Below, in pieces: positions 6,179 to 15,111 of a stretch of DNA of 16,781 bases (positions are counted from its first letter, which is position 1; each line of letters begins with the position of its first letter). The notes beneath the pieces are model-generated. The model did not search any database. It was not told the DNA's origin and worked only from the letters and a program-made list of their open reading frames with translations. The stretch spans positions 1 through 16,781 of the forward strand of contig PRDI01000024.1 in the NCBI GenBank assembly GCA_003345595.1. Direction: 5' to 3'. Source of the DNA: Candidatus Thorarchaeota archaeon (GTDB lineage: Archaea; Asgardarchaeota; Thorarchaeia; Thorarchaeales; Thorarchaeaceae). Both the position numbers and the translations under genes were made by a program.

Positions 6179-7645
6179 TTAGTCAAGCCCCACCATGCGG
6201 TTGAACTCAGTAATCAGGCCATCTATCTTGGGAGTCATCTGCCGGATGCTGCCCCAGTAGTTTTCGTAGTCATACCATTGACGGTCGAGCTCCTTCACGT
6301 CAAACATCTGTTGTTCGACCCACGTGAAGTACTTCAGCTGATGTATGCGTTTCCTGTCCAAGAGGGACAACTCCATCATAGAGTCAGTCTTCTGGGCCAT
6401 AAGATGTCGGTGGTAGTCCTTAATGGCGTCTTTCCCTGCATACGGACCGTGCTCATCTCTTGCCTCTTTCAGACGCGACTGATACATCGACATGGAGTCT
6501 GTGAATACTGTCATGACCACGTCGCTACTCGCGAGTCCGTAGTACTTGGCGAACTTGATGGCCATCAGGACATTCGCAATACTGGATATCCCGAGAAGGT
6601 CAAGTCTTGATACGAGCTTCTCTGGGACGCCGATCTCGCGGATGAGATACTCTCTCCCTGCAGGTTCGTTGAAGAGTCTAATGAGATTCATCGTGTCGTT
6701 GTCGTCAATAGCGATGATCAGGTCCGTGTTGCGAGTATTATGTATCCAAGGAACATGCTTGTCTCCAATGCCTTCTATGCGATGAGTACCATAGCCGTTG
6801 AGCAGTAAAGTCGGGCACTGGACGGCCTCACCAGCGGCGATTCTTGAAGATGGAAAGGCCTGCTTCAAGTAGTCTCCACATGCAATTGTGCCCGCAGAAC
6901 CCGTGGTCAGACACACACCTCTGAAGCTACCCTTGCCGAGCTCCCTCTTCAGTACCTCCTCCATCGCATGTCCGGTCACATCATAGTGGAAGAGGTAGTT
7001 ACCAAACTCAGCAAACTGATTGAAGATGAGGACATCGCTGCGAGTCCTGCGGAGCTCCCATGTCTTGTCATAAATCTCCTTTACGTTGCTCTCGCTGCCT
7101 GGAGTCGTAATTATCTCTCCTGCTACTGTCTTTAGCCAGTCAAAACGTTCCTTGGACATTCCTTGAGGTAAGATGGCGATGCTCTCACATCCAAGTATTG
7201 TAGCATCATAGGCTCCGCCACGACAGAAATTACCAGTACTGGGCCACACTGCCTTGTGTTTAGTGGGATCGAACTGACCGGTCACCAAACGCGGCACTAG
7301 ACAGCCGAAGGTAGCCCCTACCTTGTGAGAACCGGTGGGAAACCACTTGCCGACCAGTGCGATTATCCGGGCTTCCACACCTGTCAGCTCGGGTGGCAGT
7401 TCGATGAAATTGGGAATCGGAGTGTAGAGACCTCCTTTCTCGGTCGGTTCATTTTTCCAAGTTATCCTGAACAGGTTCTCCGGCACAATGTCCCATAGAC
7501 CTATGTTCTTCAGCTGTGACTTGATCTTGTCTGGAATTGTCTTGGGATCTTTCAGTTGGGAGAACGTGGGTATAACGATTCTCTTCTCGCGGCAACGCTG
7601 AATAGTTCTCTTAAGCTGTGCTTCGTTCTTCGTCAGGTCGATCAC
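6179..7645 (-). CDS. Fold-type II PLP-dependent enzyme (cysteine synthase / tryptophan synthase beta superfamily), long subfamily
   Basis: PTGSHKVG (Schiff-base Lys), PSTGNF, TTGSAGT (phosphate-binding loop), HRIEGIG, GISS. The GTG at 7654 is part of a GAGGTGA RBS, so GTG 7645 (MIDLTK) is the more likely start. Confidence 0.88.
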   Translation of the reverse strand: MIDLTKNEAQLKRTIQRCREKRIVIPTFSQLKDPKTIPDKIKSQLKNIGLWDIVPENLFRITWKNEPTEKGGLYTPIPNFIELPPELTGVEARIIALVGKWFPTGSHKVGATFGCLVPRLVTGQFDPTKHKAVWPSTGNFCRGGAYDATILGCESIAILPQGMSKERFDWLKTVAGEIITTPGSESNVKEIYDKTWELRRTRSDVLIFNQFAEFGNYLFHYDVTGHAMEEVLKRELGKGSFRGVCLTTGSAGTIACGDYLKQAFPSSRIAAGEAVQCPTLLLNGYGTHRIEGIGDKHVPWIHNTRNTDLIIAIDDNDTMNLIRLFNEPAGREYLIREIGVPEKLVSRLDLLGISSIANVLMAIKFAKYYGLASSDVVMTVFTDSMSMYQSRLKEARDEHGPYAGKDAIKDYHRHLMAQKTDSMMELSLLDRKRIHQLKYFTWVEQQMFDVKELDRQWYDYENYWGSIRQMTPKIDGLITEFNRMVGLD

Positions 7646-7737
7646 ACATGTCACCTCTCATTTAGCGGCGAATCGACAGGTACATAGCTGAGCCTCGTCA
7701 GTCACTATTAATGCGAGTATTGAATGGATGGCTAACA

Positions 7738-7823
7738 AAAGCCTTGTGCCCCAATCGCCAGCACACAAGAACGCTTGTAGAAGCGCGCAGACACGGCCAT
7801 GCGCCGGATGAACAAGGCTTTAA
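7738..7823. promoter_or_regulatory. Back-to-back promoter-like elements ACAAGGCTTT for the divergent PLP-enzyme and ppdK genes
   Basis: AAAGCCTTGT 7738-7747 is the exact reverse complement of ACAAGGCTTT 7812-7821. The + copy continues as TTTAA (TATA-like) and is preceded by purine-rich BRE-like sequence. Confidence 0.45.
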
Positions 7824-7921
7824 CGGGAGTGTAACCCGAGCAGCGGGAACAACTAGCAGCTAGAGGACTTGTTACATCCTGTGGTGAGCTCAGGCCCTAG
7901 GCTAGTAGGTGGTTATCGCAA

Positions 7922-10669
7922 ATGCCATCGAATTCAGAAGAGAAACCAAGACGCGCTTACCGCTTCGGTGGCGGTCACGCTGATGGCACTGAGAGTATGA
8001 ATAATGAGCTTGGTGGAAAGGGTGCTAGCATAGCGTCGATGACGCTTCTAGGTTTGCCCGTTCCACCAGGTTTTACGATTTCGACCTCCGCCTGTCTGGA
8101 GTACTTCAAAGATGGAGGCAAGATATCAGACAGTCTGAAGCAGGAGATCCGCGAAGCGCTCAAAGACACCGAGAAGATGATGGGCAGGAAGTTTGGTGAT
8201 GCAAAGAGCCCGCTTCTCGTATCGTGCCGTTCAGGGGCTAGGCAGTCAATGCCGGGGATGATGGACACAGTCCTGAATGTCGGCTTGACAGCTAAGACAA
8301 TCAAGGGGCTCATTGCAGCGACAAAGAATGAGTGGTTCGCATACGACAGCTACCGTCGTCTGATTACTATGTATTCGGACGTAGTGATGGAAAAAGCAGA
8401 GGGCGTAGAGCGTGAGGAGGGTCAGGGCATCAGAGCCCGCCTCGATAGAATTATGCAGGATAGGAAGAAGAAACGCGGCATCAAGACAGACACAGAACTG
8501 ACCGTGACGGACCTGAAGGAACTCTGTGTTCAGTTCAAAGCCGAGGTCAAGGCAGCCCTCGGCAAGGAGTTTCCAGATGACCCAGAGGAGCAGCTGTGGA
8601 CTGCGGTTGGAGCAGTGTTCAAGAGCTGGTTTGGAAAGAGGGCAGTAGCGTACCGTCGCATCGAACACATACCCGACGACTGGGGCACTGCCTGCACTGT
8701 TCAGGCAATGGTCTTCGGCAATATGGGAGACACGTCAGCGACGGGTGTAGCATTCACAAGGAACCCGGCAACAGGTGATAACATCTTCTACGGAGAGTGC
8801 TTGTTCAATGCGCAGGGCGAGGACGTCGTGGCCGGTCTTAGGACCCCGAACCCTTTGAACGAGGGCAGCAAGACGGAACAGAACAAGCAACTGCCCACTC
8901 TTGAGAACACGATGCCCAAAGTGTATGAAGAGCTCTGTGACATTCGAAACAAGCTCGAGAACCACAGTCTGGACATGCTAGACATCGAGTTCACCATCGA
9001 GCAGGGCAAACTGTGGATGGTCCAGTACCGAGTTGGCAAGCGCACGGCAACTGCCGCTCTGAATATCGCGTTAGACATGCTCAACGAGAGACTGATCGAT
9101 TCTGAGACAACGGTCATGCGGCTGAAGCCAGAGCAGTTGACCCAACTCCTCTATCCAGTCCTTGACCCGGCAGCCGAGTCAAAGGTCAAGCCCATAGCCC
9201 AGGGGTTGCCAGCAGGGCCGGGAGGAGCCGTTGGTCAGATAGTATTCACGTCGGCCGACGCAGTGAAGTGGGCAAAGGAAGGAAAGAACCCTATCCTTGC
9301 CAGAGAGGAAACTAGCCCTGAGGATATCGAGGGAATGAGGGCTGCCGCGGGAGTCCTTACAGCTCGTGGCGGTATGACAAGCCACGCCGCACTTGTCACC
9401 CGAGGTTGGGGCAAATGCTGCATTGTGGGCGCAGGCAGCCTACAGATCAATCCTTCAGAGAAGACGATGATAGTTGGAGGGAAGACGTACATCGAAGGCT
9501 CGTGGCTCAGCCTGAACGGTACCGCAGGATTCGTCTACGCGGGCATGCTTCCCACGATTGGGGCCAGGGACAATCCTAGGCTACAGGAGTTCCTGAAACT
9601 GGTTGACAAGTATCGCACAATGGGGGTCAGAGCAAACGCTGACACTCCAAAGGACGCGAAAGCGGGAATTGACTTCGGTGCAGAGGGGATTGGACTGTTC
9701 CGAACTGAACACATGTTCTATGGAGAGGGGTCAGACGAACCATTGTTCCTTCTGCGCAAGATGATAATGAGCTCAACAGAGGCTGAGCGAAGGCGGGCCC
9801 TAGACGAACTTGAGCCGTATGTCAGGGACAATATCAAGAGCACGCTCGAAGTGATGAACGGTCTTCCTGTGACCATTAGACTGCTTGACCCTCCGCTTCA
9901 CGAGTTCGTGCCGCAAAGCAAGGTTGGCTTGGAGAAACTCGCGAACGCACTTCATATCGATGTCGAGGAAGTACGTAGGCGTGGTGACGCCCTTCATGAG
10001 AGCAATCCTATGATGGGCCATCGAGGGGTTCGTCTGTGCATAACCTACCCAGAGATTCCAGAGATGCAGGTCCGAGCCATGCTCGATGCTGCATCTGAGC
10101 TCATCAAAGAAGGAAAGAAGGTCAAACTCGAGATCATGATTCCCGTCACAGTCGGGGCGCAGGAACTGCGTTTCATGAAGTCGATAGTCGACAAAGTGAG
10201 TGAGCAGACCACCAAGAAACACGGCTTCAAGGTGGACTACGCGTACGGGACCATGATAGAGGTTCCTCGTGCGTGCATGCGTGCCTACGACATGGCGGAA
10301 ACCGCCGAGTTCTTCTCGTTCGGTACGAATGACCTGAGCCAGATGGGCTTCGGATTCTCTAGGGATGATATTGGCTCTTTCGTGCCGGACTATCTCAAGC
10401 AGGGTATACTTGTGAACGACCCATTCCAGAGCATCGACAAGCGCGGAATTGGCGAACTCATGAAGATAGCCATCGAGAGAGGACGTGCAAGGAGACCGAA
10501 CATAAAGCTCGGTGTCTGTGGCGAGCACGGTGGCGATCCCCGTTCAATCGAGTTCTTCTTTGAGATTGGGATCCAGTACGTTTCATGCTCACCCTACCGC
10601 CTGCCAATTGCTCGACTGACAGCGGCTCAGGCGGCCATTAGGGCGAAACATCCCTCGACTGCAGACTGA
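7922..10669 (+). CDS. ppdK: Pyruvate, phosphate dikinase
   Basis: 915 aa. LGGKG, LLVSCRSGARQSMPGMMDTVLNVG, QAMVFGNMG, NAQGEDVVAG, GGMTSHAA (phospho-His), GIGLFRTEHMF, FSFGTNDL, GVCGEHGGDP. AGGTGG RBS at 7907-7912. Confidence 0.98.
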   Translation: MPSNSEEKPRRAYRFGGGHADGTESMNNELGGKGASIASMTLLGLPVPPGFTISTSACLEYFKDGGKISDSLKQEIREALKDTEKMMGRKFGDAKSPLLVSCRSGARQSMPGMMDTVLNVGLTAKTIKGLIAATKNEWFAYDSYRRLITMYSDVVMEKAEGVEREEGQGIRARLDRIMQDRKKKRGIKTDTELTVTDLKELCVQFKAEVKAALGKEFPDDPEEQLWTAVGAVFKSWFGKRAVAYRRIEHIPDDWGTACTVQAMVFGNMGDTSATGVAFTRNPATGDNIFYGECLFNAQGEDVVAGLRTPNPLNEGSKTEQNKQLPTLENTMPKVYEELCDIRNKLENHSLDMLDIEFTIEQGKLWMVQYRVGKRTATAALNIALDMLNERLIDSETTVMRLKPEQLTQLLYPVLDPAAESKVKPIAQGLPAGPGGAVGQIVFTSADAVKWAKEGKNPILAREETSPEDIEGMRAAAGVLTARGGMTSHAALVTRGWGKCCIVGAGSLQINPSEKTMIVGGKTYIEGSWLSLNGTAGFVYAGMLPTIGARDNPRLQEFLKLVDKYRTMGVRANADTPKDAKAGIDFGAEGIGLFRTEHMFYGEGSDEPLFLLRKMIMSSTEAERRRALDELEPYVRDNIKSTLEVMNGLPVTIRLLDPPLHEFVPQSKVGLEKLANALHIDVEEVRRRGDALHESNPMMGHRGVRLCITYPEIPEMQVRAMLDAASELIKEGKKVKLEIMIPVTVGAQELRFMKSIVDKVSEQTTKKHGFKVDYAYGTMIEVPRACMRAYDMAETAEFFSFGTNDLSQMGFGFSRDDIGSFVPDYLKQGILVNDPFQSIDKRGIGELMKIAIERGRARRPNIKLGVCGEHGGDPRSIEFFFEIGIQYVSCSPYRLPIARLTAAQAAIRAKHPSTAD

Positions 10670-10680
10670 AACGTGAGATT

Positions 10681-10720
10681 CAGCTCTGGCGTCATAGGCC
10701 AGAGCTGCGTTTCTTCTTTT
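10681..10720 (+). terminator. Hairpin plus T-rich tract terminator after ppdK, between convergent genes
   Basis: Perfect 10-bp stem CAGCTCTGGC 10681-10690 / GCCAGAGCTG 10698-10707 with a 7-nt loop, followed by CGTTTCTTCTTTT. Confidence 0.75.
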
Positions 10721-10724
10721 CCAT

Positions 10725-11852
10725 TCAGAACCTGGGCAGTTCCTCGTACCTATGACAAAGTATCCAATGCCCGGGTTCAACCTCTCTATAGTCAGGCACA
10801 CGTTGCTTGCACAGATCGGTCGCGTATTCGCATCGAGGATTGAACGGGCAGCCGGGCGGCGGATTGCTCATGTCGGGTGGACTCCCAGGAATTCCCCGAA
10901 CGACCAGACCCTTCTCGCGTATCCTCCGTAGGACTTCCATTGTCGGATTGCTCATGATGAAGGCCCGAGTGAAAGGATGACCCGGAGACTTCAGGACTGT
11001 CTTGGCATCACCAAACTCCATTATACGTCCTGCAGACATCACCGCGACTCTGTCAACCAAGCCAGCCATGACCTTCTGATCGTTGCTGATGAACAGCATA
11101 GAGGTCTTCAGTTCCTTTCTGACGAGCTCGATTGCTTCGAGGACTCTGTGTTGGACTCCCGAGTCCATCCCGGTTGTAGGCTCGTCTGCAATCATTAGTA
11201 TCGGCCTTGTAATCATGGCCATGGCTATCAGTATACGCTGGTCTTCGCCCATGCTGAACTGGCCGGGCTTGAACGCCTTTCTGATGTCGACGTCACTAAG
11301 TTCGACTAGATCCAGAACTTCAAGCACTCGCCGCATGACCTGACGCTCGTGCAGAGCCCTATTCTCGTCGTGGGCCCACAGGGATTCAGCAGTCTGATAG
11401 TCTATCGTCATGTAGGGGTTCATCGATTTCCTCGATCCTTGGGGTACGTAAGTGATCTCGTTGCCTCTGATCTTCCTGTACTCTTTTTCATCCAGACTCA
11501 GTAGGTCCTTTCCCCTGAACCATATCTGGCCCTCTACGCCCGGAAGAGCTTGTCCCATCTCTGCGGAGGTCAGTCCCTTTCGCCTGGCCTCATCCCGAAG
11601 TTCCCACAGTCTCTTGGTAGATTCATCTCCGGACGACGACGCATAGTACCTTGATATCTTGTCGAAAACGCCCATTATCGCAAGGGCCACGGACGTCTTG
11701 CCTGCACCAGACTCACCGAAGAGACCGACGCTATCGCCCTTCATAATGCTGAAGGACACATCCTCTACTGCTCTTACGAGGCCCTTCTTTGAGGTGTAGT
11801 ATGCACGCAGATTCTCGACTCGCAGAATCGGCTCATTGTCAGTAGACGACAT
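10725..11852 (-). CDS. DppD/OppD-like ABC transporter ATP-binding protein with degenerate motifs
   Basis: Walker A GESGAGKT, Q-loop YVPQ, Walker B LMIADEP, C-terminal HPFT...GCPFNPRC..ATDLC...ILCH. The signature reads FSMGEDQR and the H-loop reads FISND. Confidence 0.9.
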   Translation of the reverse strand: MSSTDNEPILRVENLRAYYTSKKGLVRAVEDVSFSIMKGDSVGLFGESGAGKTSVALAIMGVFDKISRYYASSSGDESTKRLWELRDEARRKGLTSAEMGQALPGVEGQIWFRGKDLLSLDEKEYRKIRGNEITYVPQGSRKSMNPYMTIDYQTAESLWAHDENRALHERQVMRRVLEVLDLVELSDVDIRKAFKPGQFSMGEDQRILIAMAMITRPILMIADEPTTGMDSGVQHRVLEAIELVRKELKTSMLFISNDQKVMAGLVDRVAVMSAGRIMEFGDAKTVLKSPGHPFTRAFIMSNPTMEVLRRIREKGLVVRGIPGSPPDMSNPPPGCPFNPRCEYATDLCKQRVPDYREVEPGHWILCHRYEELPRF

Positions 11853-11993
11853 AGGAAGCCGAGAAGGATGTATTGCTCATGAACTCTGTGGCCGACGCAT
11901 CCGTTACCCTAGGGTGGCAAGGCCCAGTTGTCATTGCTCATGGACCACAACGATTATACCGCCTGTAGCCTGCGCGAGCAAGAGCGCCACGGG

Positions 11994-13235
11994 ATGGAAA
12001 ACCTCAGTAGATCTGCAGTTGCCGCCTACATGTCGTATGCGATTCAGTCGACTGGGCAGGCCATAGCTTGGCAGTTCGTGACGCACTTTGTGAAGCACGG
12101 CCTTCTTGTAGATTCATTCATCATCCTAACCCTGGTTTGGTCCGCACCCGCTTTTGTTACGATGGGGGCCGTGAATCTTTGGGGCTCTGTTTCAGACCGA
12201 GTGGGGAGAAGAAAGCCCTTCATGGTGCTGGGGTTCATCGGGTACGCGTCTACTTTCTTCTTCTATTCATTCGTGACCGATGTTGTGCAGTTCCTTGTTA
12301 TAGCAATGGTAGGTGCAGCATTTTCTGCTGCGGCAATACCAGCAGGCCAAGCTTATCTCACGACGAAGACTGTCAAGAAAGGCGAAAGGCTTGGCTTTTT
12401 CCTTGTTGTCCAGTCTGGAGGTTGGTTCTTCGGAGCACTGGCAAGCGGTCTACTCTACAACATTGTCGGCATGCTCACGCTGTTCAGGGTTTCAGCGGCA
12501 CTCTGTGTAGCTGCAACTGCTCTGAGCTTCTTCGCCGTGAGAGACCTTCCTGTTGATAAGACGATAGCTCGTCCGAAGGTGAGCTTCTGGGAGCTGATTG
12601 GAAGACCTGGAATGGCTCGCCTTGCATTGGCGGCTTCTCTAAGCGCCATAGGCATCTATGCTGTCTCTTACGGAGTGGCGATAATAATCATTGACGAACT
12701 CCACGGCGAAGCTGCCTATGTCGGCTATGCGAACTCCGGTGCAACTCTCATCGCGGCTTTGATTACTGGCTATGTTGGCAGGCTCATTGACCGGCATGGC
12801 TCGACTCCAATTCTCGCTACGGCGTATCTCTCCTACTGTCTTTATGCAGTAGGATTCGCGATTGCCACAGACCCGGTGATAGCCATGGTCCTGTATATGT
12901 TGCCGATCTATGCTCTGGCCCAGACAGGAGCCCAGTCCTTTGCTGCGAAGGTTTCGAGCGATGAAGAGAGAGGCACTGCAATGGGGATCGTCAACGCTGC
13001 CCAGAACGCTGGCAATGCCATCGGGCCGATCGTGGGTGGCTTTTTCGCTCAGTTTGTCTTCGCAGGTCTTCTGCAACCGGTGTCGTGGGTGACTCTTTCG
13101 TTCAACCTTGTGGCTCTGATGCTTGCATACTCACTTTACGGCATAGAGAAACAGGCCCGCCGCAAGAAAGACTCGTTTCCTTCACTTGAAATCCCAGCTC
13201 AGCCTACCGTCAACTCCAACGGACAAGTACTCTGA
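11994..13235 (+). CDS. MFS transporter
   Basis: About 12 hydrophobic segments. Motif A GSVSDRVGRRK and its repeat GRLIDRHG, plus EERGTAMG. ATG 11994 is preferred (TTATA about 36 nt upstream); the ORF track starts it at 11928. Confidence 0.92.
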   Translation: MENLSRSAVAAYMSYAIQSTGQAIAWQFVTHFVKHGLLVDSFIILTLVWSAPAFVTMGAVNLWGSVSDRVGRRKPFMVLGFIGYASTFFFYSFVTDVVQFLVIAMVGAAFSAAAIPAGQAYLTTKTVKKGERLGFFLVVQSGGWFFGALASGLLYNIVGMLTLFRVSAALCVAATALSFFAVRDLPVDKTIARPKVSFWELIGRPGMARLALAASLSAIGIYAVSYGVAIIIIDELHGEAAYVGYANSGATLIAALITGYVGRLIDRHGSTPILATAYLSYCLYAVGFAIATDPVIAMVLYMLPIYALAQTGAQSFAAKVSSDEERGTAMGIVNAAQNAGNAIGPIVGGFFAQFVFAGLLQPVSWVTLSFNLVALMLAYSLYGIEKQARRKKDSFPSLEIPAQPTVNSNGQVL

Positions 13236-13332
13236 GCTGCCCATCTCCTGTTCGTTTCTGCGAGGAATCTCGTCTGAAAGACGTTGTTGACGCACCGCCA
13301 GTTTGAAATGTACAACCTGTGACGACATCTTC

Positions 13333-14178
13333 ATGCCAGATGGGTGCACCATAGGTGCCAAGGTTGTTGGCGCCAGAGCGTTACTCTTCAAGAATAGAGA
13401 CCTTGTGTATGAAGACTTCAAGGACTCAGCGATTTTCGATGATACCCTATTTGCAGTCACTGGGATGAACATCGGCAGCGGCGCAAAGGCGGGCGTATCA
13501 GTAGGTTTCAACAAATGGGGACTTGCTGCCTGCAGTTCAACGGTACTAATCAGACCTGCAGAAGCTTATGACTTCCTTCTCGAGGAGGTACTCAGAAATG
13601 CTAGGACTCTTGACGAAGCATACAGAATTGTCTCTACATCACTTGAGACAGGCAAGCGGTATCAGTGGTGCAACTTCGTGGTCGCTACGCCCAATGAGGT
13701 CGGAGCCATTGAGATTGGAGATGGCGTGTGTGACATCGAAAGAGACCCCAAGATGATAACGCGAGCAAACCATCACAACAAGCTCTCGACCGGCGATGTC
13801 TTGGCCAAGGCCTCGCGTCAGGAGAGAGAGGCAGGGGGACCCCTGTATACGAGCGAGAGGAGAAGACAGACCGCGGCCAAGATGCTTGAGTCAGCCAAGT
13901 CAGTCGGCGACATCATAAGTATAGTGAGCACACACAGTCCGGGGAAGGGGTTTGACTCGATATGCCGCCACAGGACAAGAAAGGCTGGCGAGGACAAGCT
14001 CATGGGAGAAACTGCCTATAGCTACATCGTAGAGATGTCGACGGGCAGGGCGGGCGGCATTGAATTCAGGATGCATGTGGCGCGGAGCAATCCGTGCAGC
14101 AATCCGTTCAAGGAAGTCCTTGTGGATTTCGGTTCCTCACCGCAGGAAAAGGAGAGAGTAGTCAAGGGGTTCCCGTGA
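13333..14178 (+). CDS. N-terminal-nucleophile (Cys) hydrolase, peptidase C45 / acyl-CoA:6-APA acyltransferase-like
   Basis: MPDG-CTIG...LLFKNRD, GFNKWGLA, NFVVA, TRANH, SERR, SICRH are typical of Ntn C45-like beta chains. ATG 13333 is preferred. Confidence 0.75.
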   Translation: MPDGCTIGAKVVGARALLFKNRDLVYEDFKDSAIFDDTLFAVTGMNIGSGAKAGVSVGFNKWGLAACSSTVLIRPAEAYDFLLEEVLRNARTLDEAYRIVSTSLETGKRYQWCNFVVATPNEVGAIEIGDGVCDIERDPKMITRANHHNKLSTGDVLAKASRQEREAGGPLYTSERRRQTAAKMLESAKSVGDIISIVSTHSPGKGFDSICRHRTRKAGEDKLMGETAYSYIVEMSTGRAGGIEFRMHVARSNPCSNPFKEVLVDFGSSPQEKERVVKGFP

Positions 14179-14187
14179 GGTGATGTG

Positions 14188-15093
14188 ATGAACCAAGCCA
14201 GACTGGAGGAGGCCTTGCACGGTGTTTCCGTGACCACAGCGACACCTTTCACTCGTGATCTTTCGGCCATAGATGCTGATGGTATAAGGCGGAACATAGA
14301 GTTCCTCTCGAAGGAGGGAATCCGTCTTATTGTTCCGTGCGGGAATACTGGTGAGTTTTACTCCTTGTCGGAGAAAGAATGGTTGCAGGTCGTCAAGGCA
14401 ACCCTTGATGCATCTCAGGGAAACATGGTCGTAATGCCAGGCATCGGCCACTCTATCGCCACGGCAGTTGACATGGTCCGGCAAGCGGAGTCATTAGGGG
14501 CTCAAGGAGTGATGGTGATGTACCCCCAGCATGTCTTCAGCTCAGAAGAGGGCGTGCTCAATTACTATCGCAGGATACTCGACGTTTCAGAAGGGGTCGG
14601 CGTAGTCCTCTACAAGAAAGGACCACTTCTTACAGATGCTGTGCTAAGGGAACTGATGAAATACGGAAACCTCGTCGGGATCAAGTATGCCTTCGGCAGA
14701 GTCGTCGACTTCGCCTATTCGATTCAGATGCTTGGGTCGACGGTCATATGGTCTTGCGGGACCGCAGAGAGATTTGCGCCGTTCTACTGGCTTGCCGGTG
14801 CCCGTGCATTCACCTCGGGCCTGGCGAACTTCGCCCCGAGCATCTCTCTGCAGATGTATCACGCGCTACAGGCTGGCGACTACGGGGAGGCAATGAGGAT
14901 TCAGGCACTAGTCACGCCCCTAGAGAATCTGCGGGAGGGGAGAGGGACTGCAAACAATGTTCCAGTTGTGAAAGCTGTGATGGACCACCTTGGACTCGTA
15001 GGCGGCGAATGCAGGCCTCCAATACATTCTCTTAACCGGACTGAGAGAAAAGCGGCAATCGATGCTGTCGCAGACTGGGGCCTCCGCTCGTAG
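14188..15093 (+). CDS. Dihydrodipicolinate synthase-family class I aldolase/dehydratase (probably not DapA)
   Basis: TPF, CGNTGEFYSL, VVLY (Tyr), GIKY (Schiff-base Lys), GECRPP. The GAGGTGA RBS at 14177-14183 overlaps the upstream stop codon. Confidence 0.9.
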   Translation: MNQARLEEALHGVSVTTATPFTRDLSAIDADGIRRNIEFLSKEGIRLIVPCGNTGEFYSLSEKEWLQVVKATLDASQGNMVVMPGIGHSIATAVDMVRQAESLGAQGVMVMYPQHVFSSEEGVLNYYRRILDVSEGVGVVLYKKGPLLTDAVLRELMKYGNLVGIKYAFGRVVDFAYSIQMLGSTVIWSCGTAERFAPFYWLAGARAFTSGLANFAPSISLQMYHALQAGDYGEAMRIQALVTPLENLREGRGTANNVPVVKAVMDHLGLVGGECRPPIHSLNRTERKAAIDAVADWGLRS

Positions 15094-15111
15094 GGACTAT
15101 CCGTGGCGCCC

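Noticed and set aside
7975-10528. Long antisense ORFs within ppdK (e.g. 9800..10528, 242 aa)
   Set aside because: Typical antisense shadows of a codon-biased gene, with no motifs.
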